Assembly (NCBI RefSeq): GCF_003149375.1
Contig: NZ_QFWH01000001.1
Location: 24,753-88,752, forward strand
DNA from: Vampirovibrio chlorellavorus
Lineage (GTDB): Bacteria > Cyanobacteriota > Vampirovibrionia > Vampirovibrionales > Vampirovibrionaceae
Direction: 5' to 3'
DNA length: 64,000 bases
A model generated the notes under the pieces. It searched no databases. It was not told the DNA's origin and saw only the letters and a program-made list of their open reading frames with translations. The translations under genes and the position numbers were made by a program. Each line of letters opens with the position of its first letter. Position 1 is the first letter of the stretch. Positions 45,315 through 53,836 of the stretch are shown here, in pieces.

Positions 45315-46619
45315 TCAGGCAGATGTCTCTTCGCTCACCGGGCGCTCGGAGTTATCCGGGACTCGCTCAATGGTGGCTCCCAGACTTTGCATTTTGCCCA
45401 CCACGTCTTCATAACCCCGATCCAGATGGTGGAGATCGAAGACCTGAGTAGCTCCTTCGGCCATAACACCAGCAATGACCATGGCGGCACCGGCCCGCAG
45501 ATCGTGGGCATTGACTTCCGCCCCGCTGAGATGCGGTACACCCGTAATCACCGCCACATCACGCTCCACGGAAATATCGGCGCCCATGCGCTTGAGTTCG
45601 CCCACTTGTTTAAACCGATTCTCGTAAATGGTTTCTTTGACGATGCTGACCCCATCCGCCGTACTCAACAAGGTCATAAACGGCGCTTGCAGGTCAGTGG
45701 GGAAGCCCGGATAAGGCTGGGTCACAATATTTTGGGCTTGCAGACGGCGATCGCTGCGAATGCGAATGCTGTTGGGGGTGGGCATCTCGATATCGGCACC
45801 CATTTCAATCAGTTTATGGGTCAGGGAGCTTAAATGCACCGGCAACACGTTGTTGACCGTCACATCCCCCAGAGTACCCACGCCGGCCATCAGGTAGGTG
45901 GCCGCTTCAATGCGATCGGGCATCACGCTGTAGGTGGTACCGTGCAAGGTGCCGGGCTTCACCCCGTTGATCACGATTTCGTTGGTGCCCGCGCCGCTGA
46001 TATCGGCACCCATGGCATTCAGGAAATTGGCCAGATCGACAATCTCGGGCTCCTGGGCGGCATTGGACAAAATGGTAGAGCCTTCCGCCATGGTGGCAGC
46101 CAGCATAATGTTCTCAGTGGCGCCCACGCTGGGGGTATCCAGCAAAATTTCAGCGCCCACCAAACGGGTGGCCTTGGCTTCCACGTAGCCATGGTTGATT
46201 TCGACTTCCGCACCCAGCGCCATCAGGCCCTTGACGTGCAAATCGACGCTGCGCTTGCCAATGGAGCAGCCACCGGGCAGGGCCACACGGGCCTCGCCGA
46301 AACGGCCCAGCAAGCTGCCCAGCACATCAAAGCTGGCTCGCATCTTACGCACCAGATCGTAGGGGGCTTCGCAACTGGTAATGTTTTTGGCCTGAATATA
46401 CAGGCGATCATCGTCCTGCTGGTCCACATCGCAACCCAGATGCTTGAGTACCTGGGTCATGACGCCCACATCGCTGAGGTGGGGAACATTTCGCAGTTCA
46501 ATGCTGTCTCCAGTCAACAGCGTGGCTGCCATCAGTTTGAGAACGGAATTTTTGGCGCCCGAGATTTCAACTTCACCGCGCAGGGCCTTGCCGCCGTGAA
46601 TGATTAATTTTTCAGTCAA
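45315..46619 (-). CDS. murA: UDP-N-acetylglucosamine 1-carboxyvinyltransferase
   Basis: SGAKNS, MRAS, LPGGCSIGKR (Cys115 equivalent), PDRIEA, PGFPTDLQ, DLRAGA; TTG 46619 (GGAG upstream) preferred over track start 46769. Confidence 0.96.
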   Translation of the reverse strand: MTEKLIIHGGKALRGEVEISGAKNSVLKLMAATLLTGDSIELRNVPHLSDVGVMTQVLKHLGCDVDQQDDDRLYIQAKNITSCEAPYDLVRKMRASFDVLGSLLGRFGEARVALPGGCSIGKRSVDLHVKGLMALGAEVEINHGYVEAKATRLVGAEILLDTPSVGATENIMLAATMAEGSTILSNAAQEPEIVDLANFLNAMGADISGAGTNEIVINGVKPGTLHGTTYSVMPDRIEAATYLMAGVGTLGDVTVNNVLPVHLSSLTHKLIEMGADIEMPTPNSIRIRSDRRLQAQNIVTQPYPGFPTDLQAPFMTLLSTADGVSIVKETIYENRFKQVGELKRMGADISVERDVAVITGVPHLSGAEVNAHDLRAGAAMVIAGVMAEGATQVFDLHHLDRGYEDVVGKMQSLGATIERVPDNSERPVSEETSA

Positions 46620-46695
46620 CCCTGGATTCTCCACGCTGTCTTCGTAGGGGGGATATTGGTTAATATAACATATATTAAGAAACGGTGGCACCGCC

Positions 46696-47298
46696 TTGTT
46701 GGATGAATTAAAACCGACCGAGCCCCCTGATTGCCTCATTCTGCCTGCCGCGTTTTTTGCACAGGACACAGTGACTGTGGCCCGTGCCCTGCTGGGCTGC
46801 CAGTTGTGGCAGTTTCATCCCCCCACCAGTGCTTGGCGGGCCTTCCGCATTGTGGAAACGGAGGCCTATACCCAGAACGATCCGGCCTGCCATGCCTACA
46901 ACCGCACCACCGGACGGGCGGAAACCCTGTATCACCATCCGGGAACCGCCTATGTATACCTGATTTACGGCATGTATCACTGTTTAAACGTGGTGACCGA
47001 ACCGCACGGTACAGCAGGGGCGGTATTGTTTCGGGCTTTGGAGCCGGTTGAAGATCAGTCCCTCAAAACCCATGGGCCGGGACGCCTGACCAAGGCGCTG
47101 GGCATTACCCGCCAAGCCGCAAACGGACTTCCCTTGACCCGCTGGGAACATGGGCTCTGCCTCAGTGCGGGGCAGGACTACTCCGATGGTCAAGTGATTC
47201 AGACCACCCGAATCGGCATTACCAAGGCGATGGACTATCCCTGGCGCTTTTATATCAAGGACAATCCCTGGGTGTCAGTCAAAGCGGCGAGTGTTTAG
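46696..47298 (+). CDS. mpg: DNA-3-methyladenine glycosylase (AAG/Mpg family)
   Basis: VARALLG, IVETEAY, YVYLIYGMY, AVLFRA, GPGRL, RIGIT, WRF. Confidence 0.93.
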   Translation: MLDELKPTEPPDCLILPAAFFAQDTVTVARALLGCQLWQFHPPTSAWRAFRIVETEAYTQNDPACHAYNRTTGRAETLYHHPGTAYVYLIYGMYHCLNVVTEPHGTAGAVLFRALEPVEDQSLKTHGPGRLTKALGITRQAANGLPLTRWEHGLCLSAGQDYSDGQVIQTTRIGITKAMDYPWRFYIKDNPWVSVKAASV

Positions 47299-47383
47299 GG
47301 CACCGTCATCGTTCCCTCGATGCGCCAATACTGAAGCGGCAAGCCGCCCTCCTTGTCAGGTTTCATCACGCATTATCACGCAA

Positions 47384-47412
47384 AAAATCAGGCAGATGGA
47401 CTGCCTGATTTT
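47384..47412. terminator. Bidirectional terminator between mpg and rplI
   Basis: AAAATCAGGCAG-atgga-CTGCCTGATTTT. Confidence 0.85.
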
Positions 47413-47431
47413 GGGTTGCCGATGGCAAGTT

Positions 47432-47935
47432 TTAGTTTTCTTCGCCTGCGAAAGCGTCTTCCAGTACGAATTCTTCGTGCTTGGCCTTGATGGCTTTCAC
47501 TGCCAGTTTCACCTGGGCGGAAACCTTGGCGGAGAATTTCACGTACACCGTGTACTCACCCACTTTATTAATGGGGTGATCCACGTTGACGTTACGGCGC
47601 TCGATTTCGTAGCCGGTTTTCTCCTGCAGAACCTTGGTCAGTTCCTTGGTGGTGATGGTGCCGTACAGTTTACCGGTGTCGCCAGCGTTGGCTTCCAGGG
47701 TAATCAGTTGCAGGGCATTCACTTTTTCGGCCTTGGCCAGGTCTTCCTGATGCTTTTTCTCGGCTTTGGCGCGAATGCGGTCGATGCGACGCTGCAAGTC
47801 GGCCAGGGATCCTTTGGTGGCGATGACGGCCATGTTACGTGGCCCGAGGTAGTTGCGGTAATAACCGTCGGAAACCTCGATGATATCGCCGTTGCTACCC
47901 AGCGTATCCACATCTTTGGTTAAAATTACCTGCAT
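47432..47935 (-). CDS. rplI: 50S ribosomal protein L9
   Basis: MQVILTKDVDTLGSNGDIIEVSDGYYRNYL, GKLYGTIT. Confidence 0.96.
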   Translation of the reverse strand: MQVILTKDVDTLGSNGDIIEVSDGYYRNYLGPRNMAVIATKGSLADLQRRIDRIRAKAEKKHQEDLAKAEKVNALQLITLEANAGDTGKLYGTITTKELTKVLQEKTGYEIERRNVNVDHPINKVGEYTVYVKFSAKVSAQVKLAVKAIKAKHEEFVLEDAFAGEEN

Positions 47936-48214
47936 GGGTGTGTCTCCAATTCCTTTCCAGAGTGTAGGGGGTCATTAATATAACACAAAAGCAAAGCTGG
48001 CAAGCAGCAGCCATGATCATGCCACGATTGAACGCAGCTTGCGATTGTGACGAGATAGCAACATGAGCTTCATCAATTGTTTCTATCGTTATATCCTTAG
48101 AAGAATCAGGATGACCAAAGGTGAACAAAGTCACATGCTACAATCAGCAGTGTTAAAGATCAGTGCGCCAATGGTGGTCTCCTGGCGGTATATGGGTTTT
48201 CGAGGGTTTTAACG

Positions 48215-49033
48215 GTGTCAGACAGCCTGATAGACAAATTAAAAGAGCTGGGTTTCAATACCTACGAAGCAAAAGTCTATCTGGCACTGCTCAAGCAGCA
48301 CCCCGCCACGGGGTACGAGGTCAGCAAAGAGTCTGGCGTCCCGCAGGCCCGGGCTTACGATACCTTAAAAGCGCTGGAATCCGCCAACGCAGTGGTGGCC
48401 ATTGGCGGAAAGCCGGTGACCTACATGCCCATCCGTCCGGAAGAACTGCTGGATCGATGGGAAAAGTCGTTTCAGGGTTCAATCGATTACCTGCGGCAGG
48501 CCTTACCCAGTATTGCCGAGGAAACCGTAGAGCCCGTCATCAACATGCGTGGGCAGGAGTCCATTTTCAAGTACGCCCTGGACATGATTAACAGCGCCAA
48601 GCGCTCTATATTTATGGAATTCTGGAAAGATGACGCTGCCGTCTTGCATGCGGCCTTGTTGGCCGCCAAAGACCGAGGGGTGGATGTGCGTCTGGTCGGT
48701 TACGACTACTGCGAGCTGGAAGGCCTGGAGGTCTATCAGCACGGACTGGCTTGCAGTATCGAACAATCGTTGGGTGGGCGCTGGATGATTCTCTCCGTGG
48801 ATGACAAGGAGGGCCTGGTGGGAACCGTTTCCCAGGCGGATCGTCCCCCTCAGGCGGTGGTGACCCGGAACCCCGGCATCGTGCTGGTGATTAAAGAGTT
48901 GATTGTCCACGATATTTTCCTGCTGGATATTGAAAGCAATTTACAGCCTGAACTGGAAAGGCTGTACGGCAAGGACATGTTACGGTTACGTCGAAAAATT
49001 TTGGGGAACGTGACCGCTGCCTTAGGGGTTTGA
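48215..49033 (+). CDS. TrmB-family transcriptional regulator
   Basis: LGFNTYEAKVYLALL...GYEVSKESGVPQARAYDTL winged HTH plus effector domain. Confidence 0.9.
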   Translation: MSDSLIDKLKELGFNTYEAKVYLALLKQHPATGYEVSKESGVPQARAYDTLKALESANAVVAIGGKPVTYMPIRPEELLDRWEKSFQGSIDYLRQALPSIAEETVEPVINMRGQESIFKYALDMINSAKRSIFMEFWKDDAAVLHAALLAAKDRGVDVRLVGYDYCELEGLEVYQHGLACSIEQSLGGRWMILSVDDKEGLVGTVSQADRPPQAVVTRNPGIVLVIKELIVHDIFLLDIESNLQPELERLYGKDMLRLRRKILGNVTAALGV

Positions 49034-49081
49034 TGGGCTTGTGCTAAACTGATACGGTTCCACAAAACGCCACCAATCAGG

Positions 49082-49306
49082 ATGGAGTTTGTTATGACCT
49101 CACAATCGCCGAAACTGGAAAAATCCAAGCCTGCCGCGCCTCGTAAAAAATTCTCGCAAGAACGCCTGATGATTATGTTCACCCTCTTTTTCATCGCTGG
49201 CATTCTGTTGCTGGTGGTCATTCCGGAAGGTAGTCCGGTCCGTGGTGTGGCCATGACCCTGTATTCCGTTTCCGTGTTTTGGGCCATGTTCAAATTTTGC
49301 ATGTAA
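49082..49306 (+). CDS. Small two-TM membrane protein
   Basis: 74 aa, basic N-terminus and two hydrophobic helices; directly downstream of trmB. Confidence 0.6.
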   Translation: MEFVMTSQSPKLEKSKPAAPRKKFSQERLMIMFTLFFIAGILLLVVIPEGSPVRGVAMTLYSVSVFWAMFKFCM

Positions 49307-49568
49307 CTCACGGGCCGTCTTGGTCAAACCCCGCGTAGAATCACCGAATGAAATCGCCGGATAGCGTCACGAGATCGTTGTCGGGTTAAAAATTGGCGCC
49401 GTGCCCTGGTGTCTTTTTTGGGTAGATAAAATCAAGCCGGTCATGCTATCGAACCGAACAGGGCAGAAGATCCTCTGGCCTGAACTAAACGCCCTCCCTT
49501 AAGACGCCCCTGCCGTAAAACCGAAGATATGGAACTCAAAACTTCGGTTTTGTGTGAAAACCGAATAT

Positions 49569-49747
49569 TTACCTGCTTTGTTAAGCATTTGTTTTCGGTA
49601 TAAAGAGAGAAGTGAGTGCCGGGATAGCCGCTGAGAGCCTAGTGCGCTGAAAGATGAAACGGATTTTGGGAAATCGATTTGGGGTAATACCTGCAAGCAG
49701 CGGTCGTTCAGGCGTCCCGGCCCTAAAGTACAATGCGGAAGAGGTAA
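49569..49747 (+). ncRNA. Candidate structured ncRNA (~180 nt)
   Basis: ORF-free interval with nested long-range pairings (TTACCT/AGGTAA, GCATT/AATGC, GCCGGGAT/GTCCCGGC, GCCGCTG/CAGCGGT); G-U pairs favour the + strand. Confidence 0.3.
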
Positions 49748-49770
49748 CTTGGCAATGGATAGTCAGGAGT

Positions 49771-50187
49771 TTATAAAGGGTCTTCTTGAATTAGTGAAAA
49801 CAGCGCATGCCGCTTACTTGCAAGGCTTGGGGGAACCCCGTCCCGCTCCATGCTGGCCTGAAGGTTCTGAAAAAAATCTTTAGGGAGCCGCTCAATTTCA
49901 CCCTGTCGAATATACTCCACCAAAGCCAGTATCAGCTCTTCAAACTTATACTCATCAACCGCTCGCAGGGCTCTTAGCTGGCTGAGCAGGAGGCCTTCTT
50001 CCTGCAGGGCGGGCGTGTTTGCCAGCTTGACCAGAGTGTCATCCTTAAATCGACGGCGCCCATGGATCAAATTGGAAAGCGCATCGCCGGTAATGCCCAT
50101 CTGCTGGGCCAACTCCTCAATTTGCAGACCGCTTCTCATTAACAACAGCTGGATAGCCAGACCCAGTCTCTTCTCTGACGGTTTCAT
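49771..50187 (-). CDS. XRE-family HTH protein with helical C-terminal domain
   Basis: GLQIEELAQQMGITGDALSNLIHGRR is an XRE HTH; no S24 peptidase domain. Confidence 0.8.
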   Translation of the reverse strand: MKPSEKRLGLAIQLLLMRSGLQIEELAQQMGITGDALSNLIHGRRRFKDDTLVKLANTPALQEEGLLLSQLRALRAVDEYKFEELILALVEYIRQGEIERLPKDFFQNLQASMERDGVPPSLASKRHALFSLIQEDPL

Positions 50188-50420
50188 GCTAAAACAGAAT
50201 CCTTCTCCGGACAGAGGGCACCACCGCTAAAAAAATCGTAAATTTCATTTATGATCGCTCATCTTTCAAAAATGATATTATTGGTTCAGTTGTATCGACA
50301 CGATGAGACCAGAGGCAAGGCGGGCGCTTAAATGCAGCTAAACTTTACTTATTTTAATCCAAAATGAAGGGTCTCTGTAGGGTTTATCTTCGGTTTTCAG
50401 GATTGTGAGGGTTGTACGGG

Positions 50421-50612
50421 ATGCGATTGTTGATTGCGGAAGTGGCGTATCGTAAAAAAGGCTGGAACATGCGCAAAGTGGCCGACAGGCTGGATGTGGA
50501 TCATCAAACGGTCATGTACTGGAATCAGGGACGGGCTTACCCTCGATTTTTGACCCTGGTTCGGTTGTGCCGCCTGCTGGAATGCACCTTTGAGGATTTA
50601 TTGGCCGAGTAG
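50421..50612 (+). CDS. Small Cro/XRE-like HTH protein (63 aa)
   Basis: MRKVADRLDVDHQTVMYWNQGRAYPRFLTLVRLCRLLECTFEDLL; GAGG RBS before ATG 50421. Confidence 0.82.
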   Translation: MRLLIAEVAYRKKGWNMRKVADRLDVDHQTVMYWNQGRAYPRFLTLVRLCRLLECTFEDLLAE

Positions 50613-50934
50613 AGGCCAAGCCGGGTATCGGGCGGCAGGCCTGTCACGGCAAACTTGTAACGTTTCTGTGCGAAATCAATATCCGCCTGAGGGCCTCCGT
50701 ATCTCCGAAGTTTTCTAGCAGACGGTAAAAGGATGCAGAATCCCCTCCTACTGAGCAGCGTTGCCCCCATTCACCAAACCACCGGGACTCAATCCACTCG
50801 GGGAGTCGGGTTTTATTTTAAAGAAGACAACCCGTTTGACCGCCTGGGTGCGAATCGCAGGCGGGTGATTTGGTTCGGCATCGCTTTGGAATGATTGGGC
50901 TCCCCCGGTAAGCGTGTTGAGGTGACAGTTCCGC

Positions 50935-51198
50935 ATGCAGCAATGGCCAGAAATGAAGCAGGAAAACAGGCAGGAAAGCAAAATTTCAGGCCGATCAGCC
51001 TGCTTGCTGCAGACCGGCGATCCGTTTTTTGAGCTATGGGCCCTGGAGATGGCTGGCTTGCACAACGCCCGGACGGATGCCTTCTTTCAGCAGTGCCATG
51101 AGGACATTCAGCGACTTTTAGCCTATACTCTTGTGCTGGATGCTGGCGCTAAAAACCCCTTTCAGCTTGCAGGGCATCCCCGCATGAATTTAATATAG
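50935..51198 (+). CDS. Possible small hypothetical protein
   Basis: 87-aa ORF with GAGG upstream, ends just before ridA; no family recognised. Confidence 0.35.
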   Translation: MQQWPEMKQENRQESKISGRSACLLQTGDPFFELWALEMAGLHNARTDAFFQQCHEDIQRLLAYTLVLDAGAKNPFQLAGHPRMNLI

Positions 51199-51247
51199 CC
51201 CGGTGGCTTGTGAAAAGGCGCCGCTTCAATTGAGAAAGACTTTTGCC

Positions 51248-51736
51248 ATGACCCAGGATACGGTTTCTCCTCCCACCCAATCAGCAGACCAGCGGTCTGA
51301 ACTGGAGGCCCTTTTACCCCCACCCCCCTTGCCCATTGGAAGCTATGTGGCCACGGTACAGGTGGGTAATTTAGTCCACACCTCCGGTGTATTGCCCATG
51401 AAAGAGGGTCAGGTTGCCGTGACGGGCGCGGTGGGCAGCTGGGATGTCAGCGTTGCGGAAGGCCAGGAAGCGGCCAGATTGTGTATTTTAAACGCCCTGA
51501 GCCTGCTTCGGCATGCCCTGGGCAGTCTGGATCGGGTCAAGCGCATTGTGAAGCTGACCGGCTTTGTGAGCAGCGCCCCCAACTTTTATGAGCAACCCCA
51601 GGTGATGAATGCCGCTTCTGACTTGCTGGTTGCGTATTTCGGCGAAGCCGGAAAACATGTGCGTTCTGCCGTGGGCGTGGCCAGCTTGCCAAAAAACGCC
51701 GCCGTGGAAGTGGAACTGGTGGTCGAGGTCGCTTAA
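51248..51736 (+). CDS. RidA/YjgF-family protein
   Basis: [53 protein letters not shown]. Confidence 0.92.
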   Translation: MTQDTVSPPTQSADQRSELEALLPPPPLPIGSYVATVQVGNLVHTSGVLPMKEGQVAVTGAVGSWDVSVAEGQEAARLCILNALSLLRHALGSLDRVKRIVKLTGFVSSAPNFYEQPQVMNAASDLLVAYFGEAGKHVRSAVGVASLPKNAAVEVELVVEVA

Positions 51737-51776
51737 ATCCGTCTATAGCGATTGCCAGAGCGATACGGTTTAACGA

Positions 51777-52517
51777 TTACTGACCGTAGCGCCGTTCCCG
51801 CCGGGCAAAAACTTCCACAGCCCGCTCAAAAGCCTGCGGACTGAAATCCGGCCACAGCAGGTCGGTGACATAGAATTCGGCATAGGCGCTTTGCCACAGC
51901 AAATAGTTGCTAATGCGGGAATCCCCGCCGGTGCGGATAAGCAAATCCAGATCGGGCAGCCCGTGGGTGTAAAGTTTGGCGTCAATATGGGCTTCCGTAA
52001 TGTCTGTGGGGGACAATTGACCCTCCTGCACCTCCTGAGCCAATTGTTGCATGGCCTGAGCCAACTCATGGCGTCCGCCGTAATTGGCGGCAATCTGGAA
52101 TTTCAGGCCCGTGTTGTGGGCAGTTTGCTCGTGGGCGGACTGAATCAGGTTGTACAAATCCGGGGGAAAGGCTGAAATATCCCCGATAAAGCGAATTTGC
52201 ACGTTGTTACGGTGCAGTTCGGCCAGCTCTTTGGACAGGGCTTCCACAAACAAGCGCAGCAAATAGCCCACTTCCTCGGTGCTGCGCCGCCAGTTTTCCG
52301 TGGAAAAGGCATAGACAGTCAGCGCTTTCAGCCCATGATCCGAACCAAAGCGAACCAGCGTCCTCAAAGCGTCCACGCCTTTCTTGTGACCCACCAGCGT
52401 GGGTAAGTGCCGCTGTTTGGCCCAGCGGCGATTGCCATCCATAATAATGGCCACATGCTGGAGTCCACTGCTGGTGAGCAGTTCGGTAAATTGGGTACTG
52501 ACTTCTGTGGTAATCAT
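51777..52517 (-). CDS. uppS: Undecaprenyl diphosphate synthase
   Basis: HVAIIMDGNRRWA, AFSTENWRR, NYGGR, IRTGGDSRISNYLLWQ. Confidence 0.96.
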   Translation of the reverse strand: MITTEVSTQFTELLTSSGLQHVAIIMDGNRRWAKQRHLPTLVGHKKGVDALRTLVRFGSDHGLKALTVYAFSTENWRRSTEEVGYLLRLFVEALSKELAELHRNNVQIRFIGDISAFPPDLYNLIQSAHEQTAHNTGLKFQIAANYGGRHELAQAMQQLAQEVQEGQLSPTDITEAHIDAKLYTHGLPDLDLLIRTGGDSRISNYLLWQSAYAEFYVTDLLWPDFSPQAFERAVEVFARRERRYGQ

Positions 52518-52959
52518 TCGGTTTATTTTAGGACAAGCGCTCCGCAATACAAACCCGCAGATTATCCGGTGCCGCCCTCACGGGGCCAGCAGTGCTGGCC
52601 GGACCATCGCCCGCTCTGGTCAACACCCTTCACCAAAGCCCTGAATCCGGAGATCAGAGAACACCATCGGTTCTGAAGTAGGCTACCACGGGTTTCCTAA
52701 CGCTCAAAATGTCTTTTTTTAGAGGCAACGGCTCGGACTAGATTGCCCCTAAAGAAAAACAGCCTTACCAGTTTAGAGGAGATGACATAGTGTAGTAGTA
52801 GGTGTGTTTGTTGGTAAAGCTGGAGAATTGAGTAGTTCGTTTTGTTTAACTTTCGCCAGACAATTATAGCAAAACAGCCCCCCACTGGTCTAACAACGGA
52901 CGGATTTTTATTAGACTGCTGGCTAATTCACAAAACAGCCTGACTTTTCCTCAAAAACG

Positions 52960-52990
52960 CAAAAACTGCCCGACCAGCAGGCAGTTTTTG
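52960..52990 (-). terminator. Terminator downstream of the DUF561 gene
   Basis: CAAAAACTGCC-9 nt-GGCAGTTTTTG. Confidence 0.8.
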
Positions 52991-53021
52991 AGATCCGGCG
53001 GTTCCGGATAATGCAGAAAGC

Positions 53022-53777
53022 CTAGCAGGCCACGCTGATTGTGTGGGCGCTAGCGGCCACCACGGCCTGGCAGCGCTCCACCATCTCCGCTTCGGTTTGG
53101 GCTTTATTCACAAAGCTACCCACGCCTACGGCACTGGCACCGGCTTCCAGAGCGGCAGCCACATTGTCAGCGGTAATGCCGCTGGCGGTCATGATGGGCA
53201 AGCGGGTGGCTTTTGACAAAGCACGGGTGTTGCGCAGGGTGATGGCTTCTTTTTCTTGCTGACTCATGGATTTTACAGTGGGCTCAGCGGCCAGAACGCG
53301 GCTCGCGCCTTCGGTTTGAATGATATCCACACCCAGGGCTTCCAGTTGAGCAGCCAAGCGTACTTGGCTTTCCACGGTCAGGTGACCGGGAATGGTGATG
53401 GACACCAGCGCTTGACCCTGAACGGCAGACACGGTTTGCTGAGCCAGTTCCAGCACTTCATCGGCGCTGAGGAACAGGCCTTGATCGTAGAGGGCATCGA
53501 AGTTGCCCAATTCGGCCACATCGGCACCGGCGGCAACGGCGGCAGCCAGCGCGGCAGGCTCTACGCTGGAGGCGAACACGGCAGCTTGGGTGGCCTCTTT
53601 GGCGGCTTTCACGATTTCAGGGTGAGCAGCCACGTCCACAGCCACGGCGCCAGCGGCTTCAGCGGACCGAACCACTTGCAGGACATGGTCCAAATCCAGG
53701 TTAGCGATGCCGGCAATGACTTTAACGGCGTTGCGGGCTTTTAATGCGGACTTTAAGGCGTTAATACGAGCGTTCAT
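53022..53777 (-). CDS. DUF561/Ycf23-family TIM-barrel protein
   Basis: KVIAGIANLD, VDVAA, ELGNFDALY, DIIQTEG, ASAVGVGS. Confidence 0.88.
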   Translation of the reverse strand: MNARINALKSALKARNAVKVIAGIANLDLDHVLQVVRSAEAAGAVAVDVAAHPEIVKAAKEATQAAVFASSVEPAALAAAVAAGADVAELGNFDALYDQGLFLSADEVLELAQQTVSAVQGQALVSITIPGHLTVESQVRLAAQLEALGVDIIQTEGASRVLAAEPTVKSMSQQEKEAITLRNTRALSKATRLPIMTASGITADNVAAALEAGASAVGVGSFVNKAQTEAEMVERCQAVVAASAHTISVAC

Positions 53778-53836
53778 GATGAATGTCTCTCCAAACAACA
53801 GTTGATATGAATGTCATTATAATGGAAGCATGCCTG

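Noticed and set aside
47895-48134. 79-aa ORF between rplI and trmB
   Set aside because: Covers the divergent promoter region, overlaps rplI and has no family features
49613-49715. TPP or glycine riboswitch (fragments CTGAGAG, GGTAATACCTGC, CAGGC)
   Set aside because: Core elements (ACCTGAT, GTAGGGA; CCGAAGG, CTCTCAGG) are missing, and no same-strand gene follows
49771-50612. Prophage
   Set aside because: No integrase, structural, replication or lysis genes, and no att-like junction seen
50537-50770. 77-aa minus-strand ORF starting with a Tat-like SRRGF
   Set aside because: No proper hydrophobic region after the motif, and it overlaps the Cro-like gene by 76 nt
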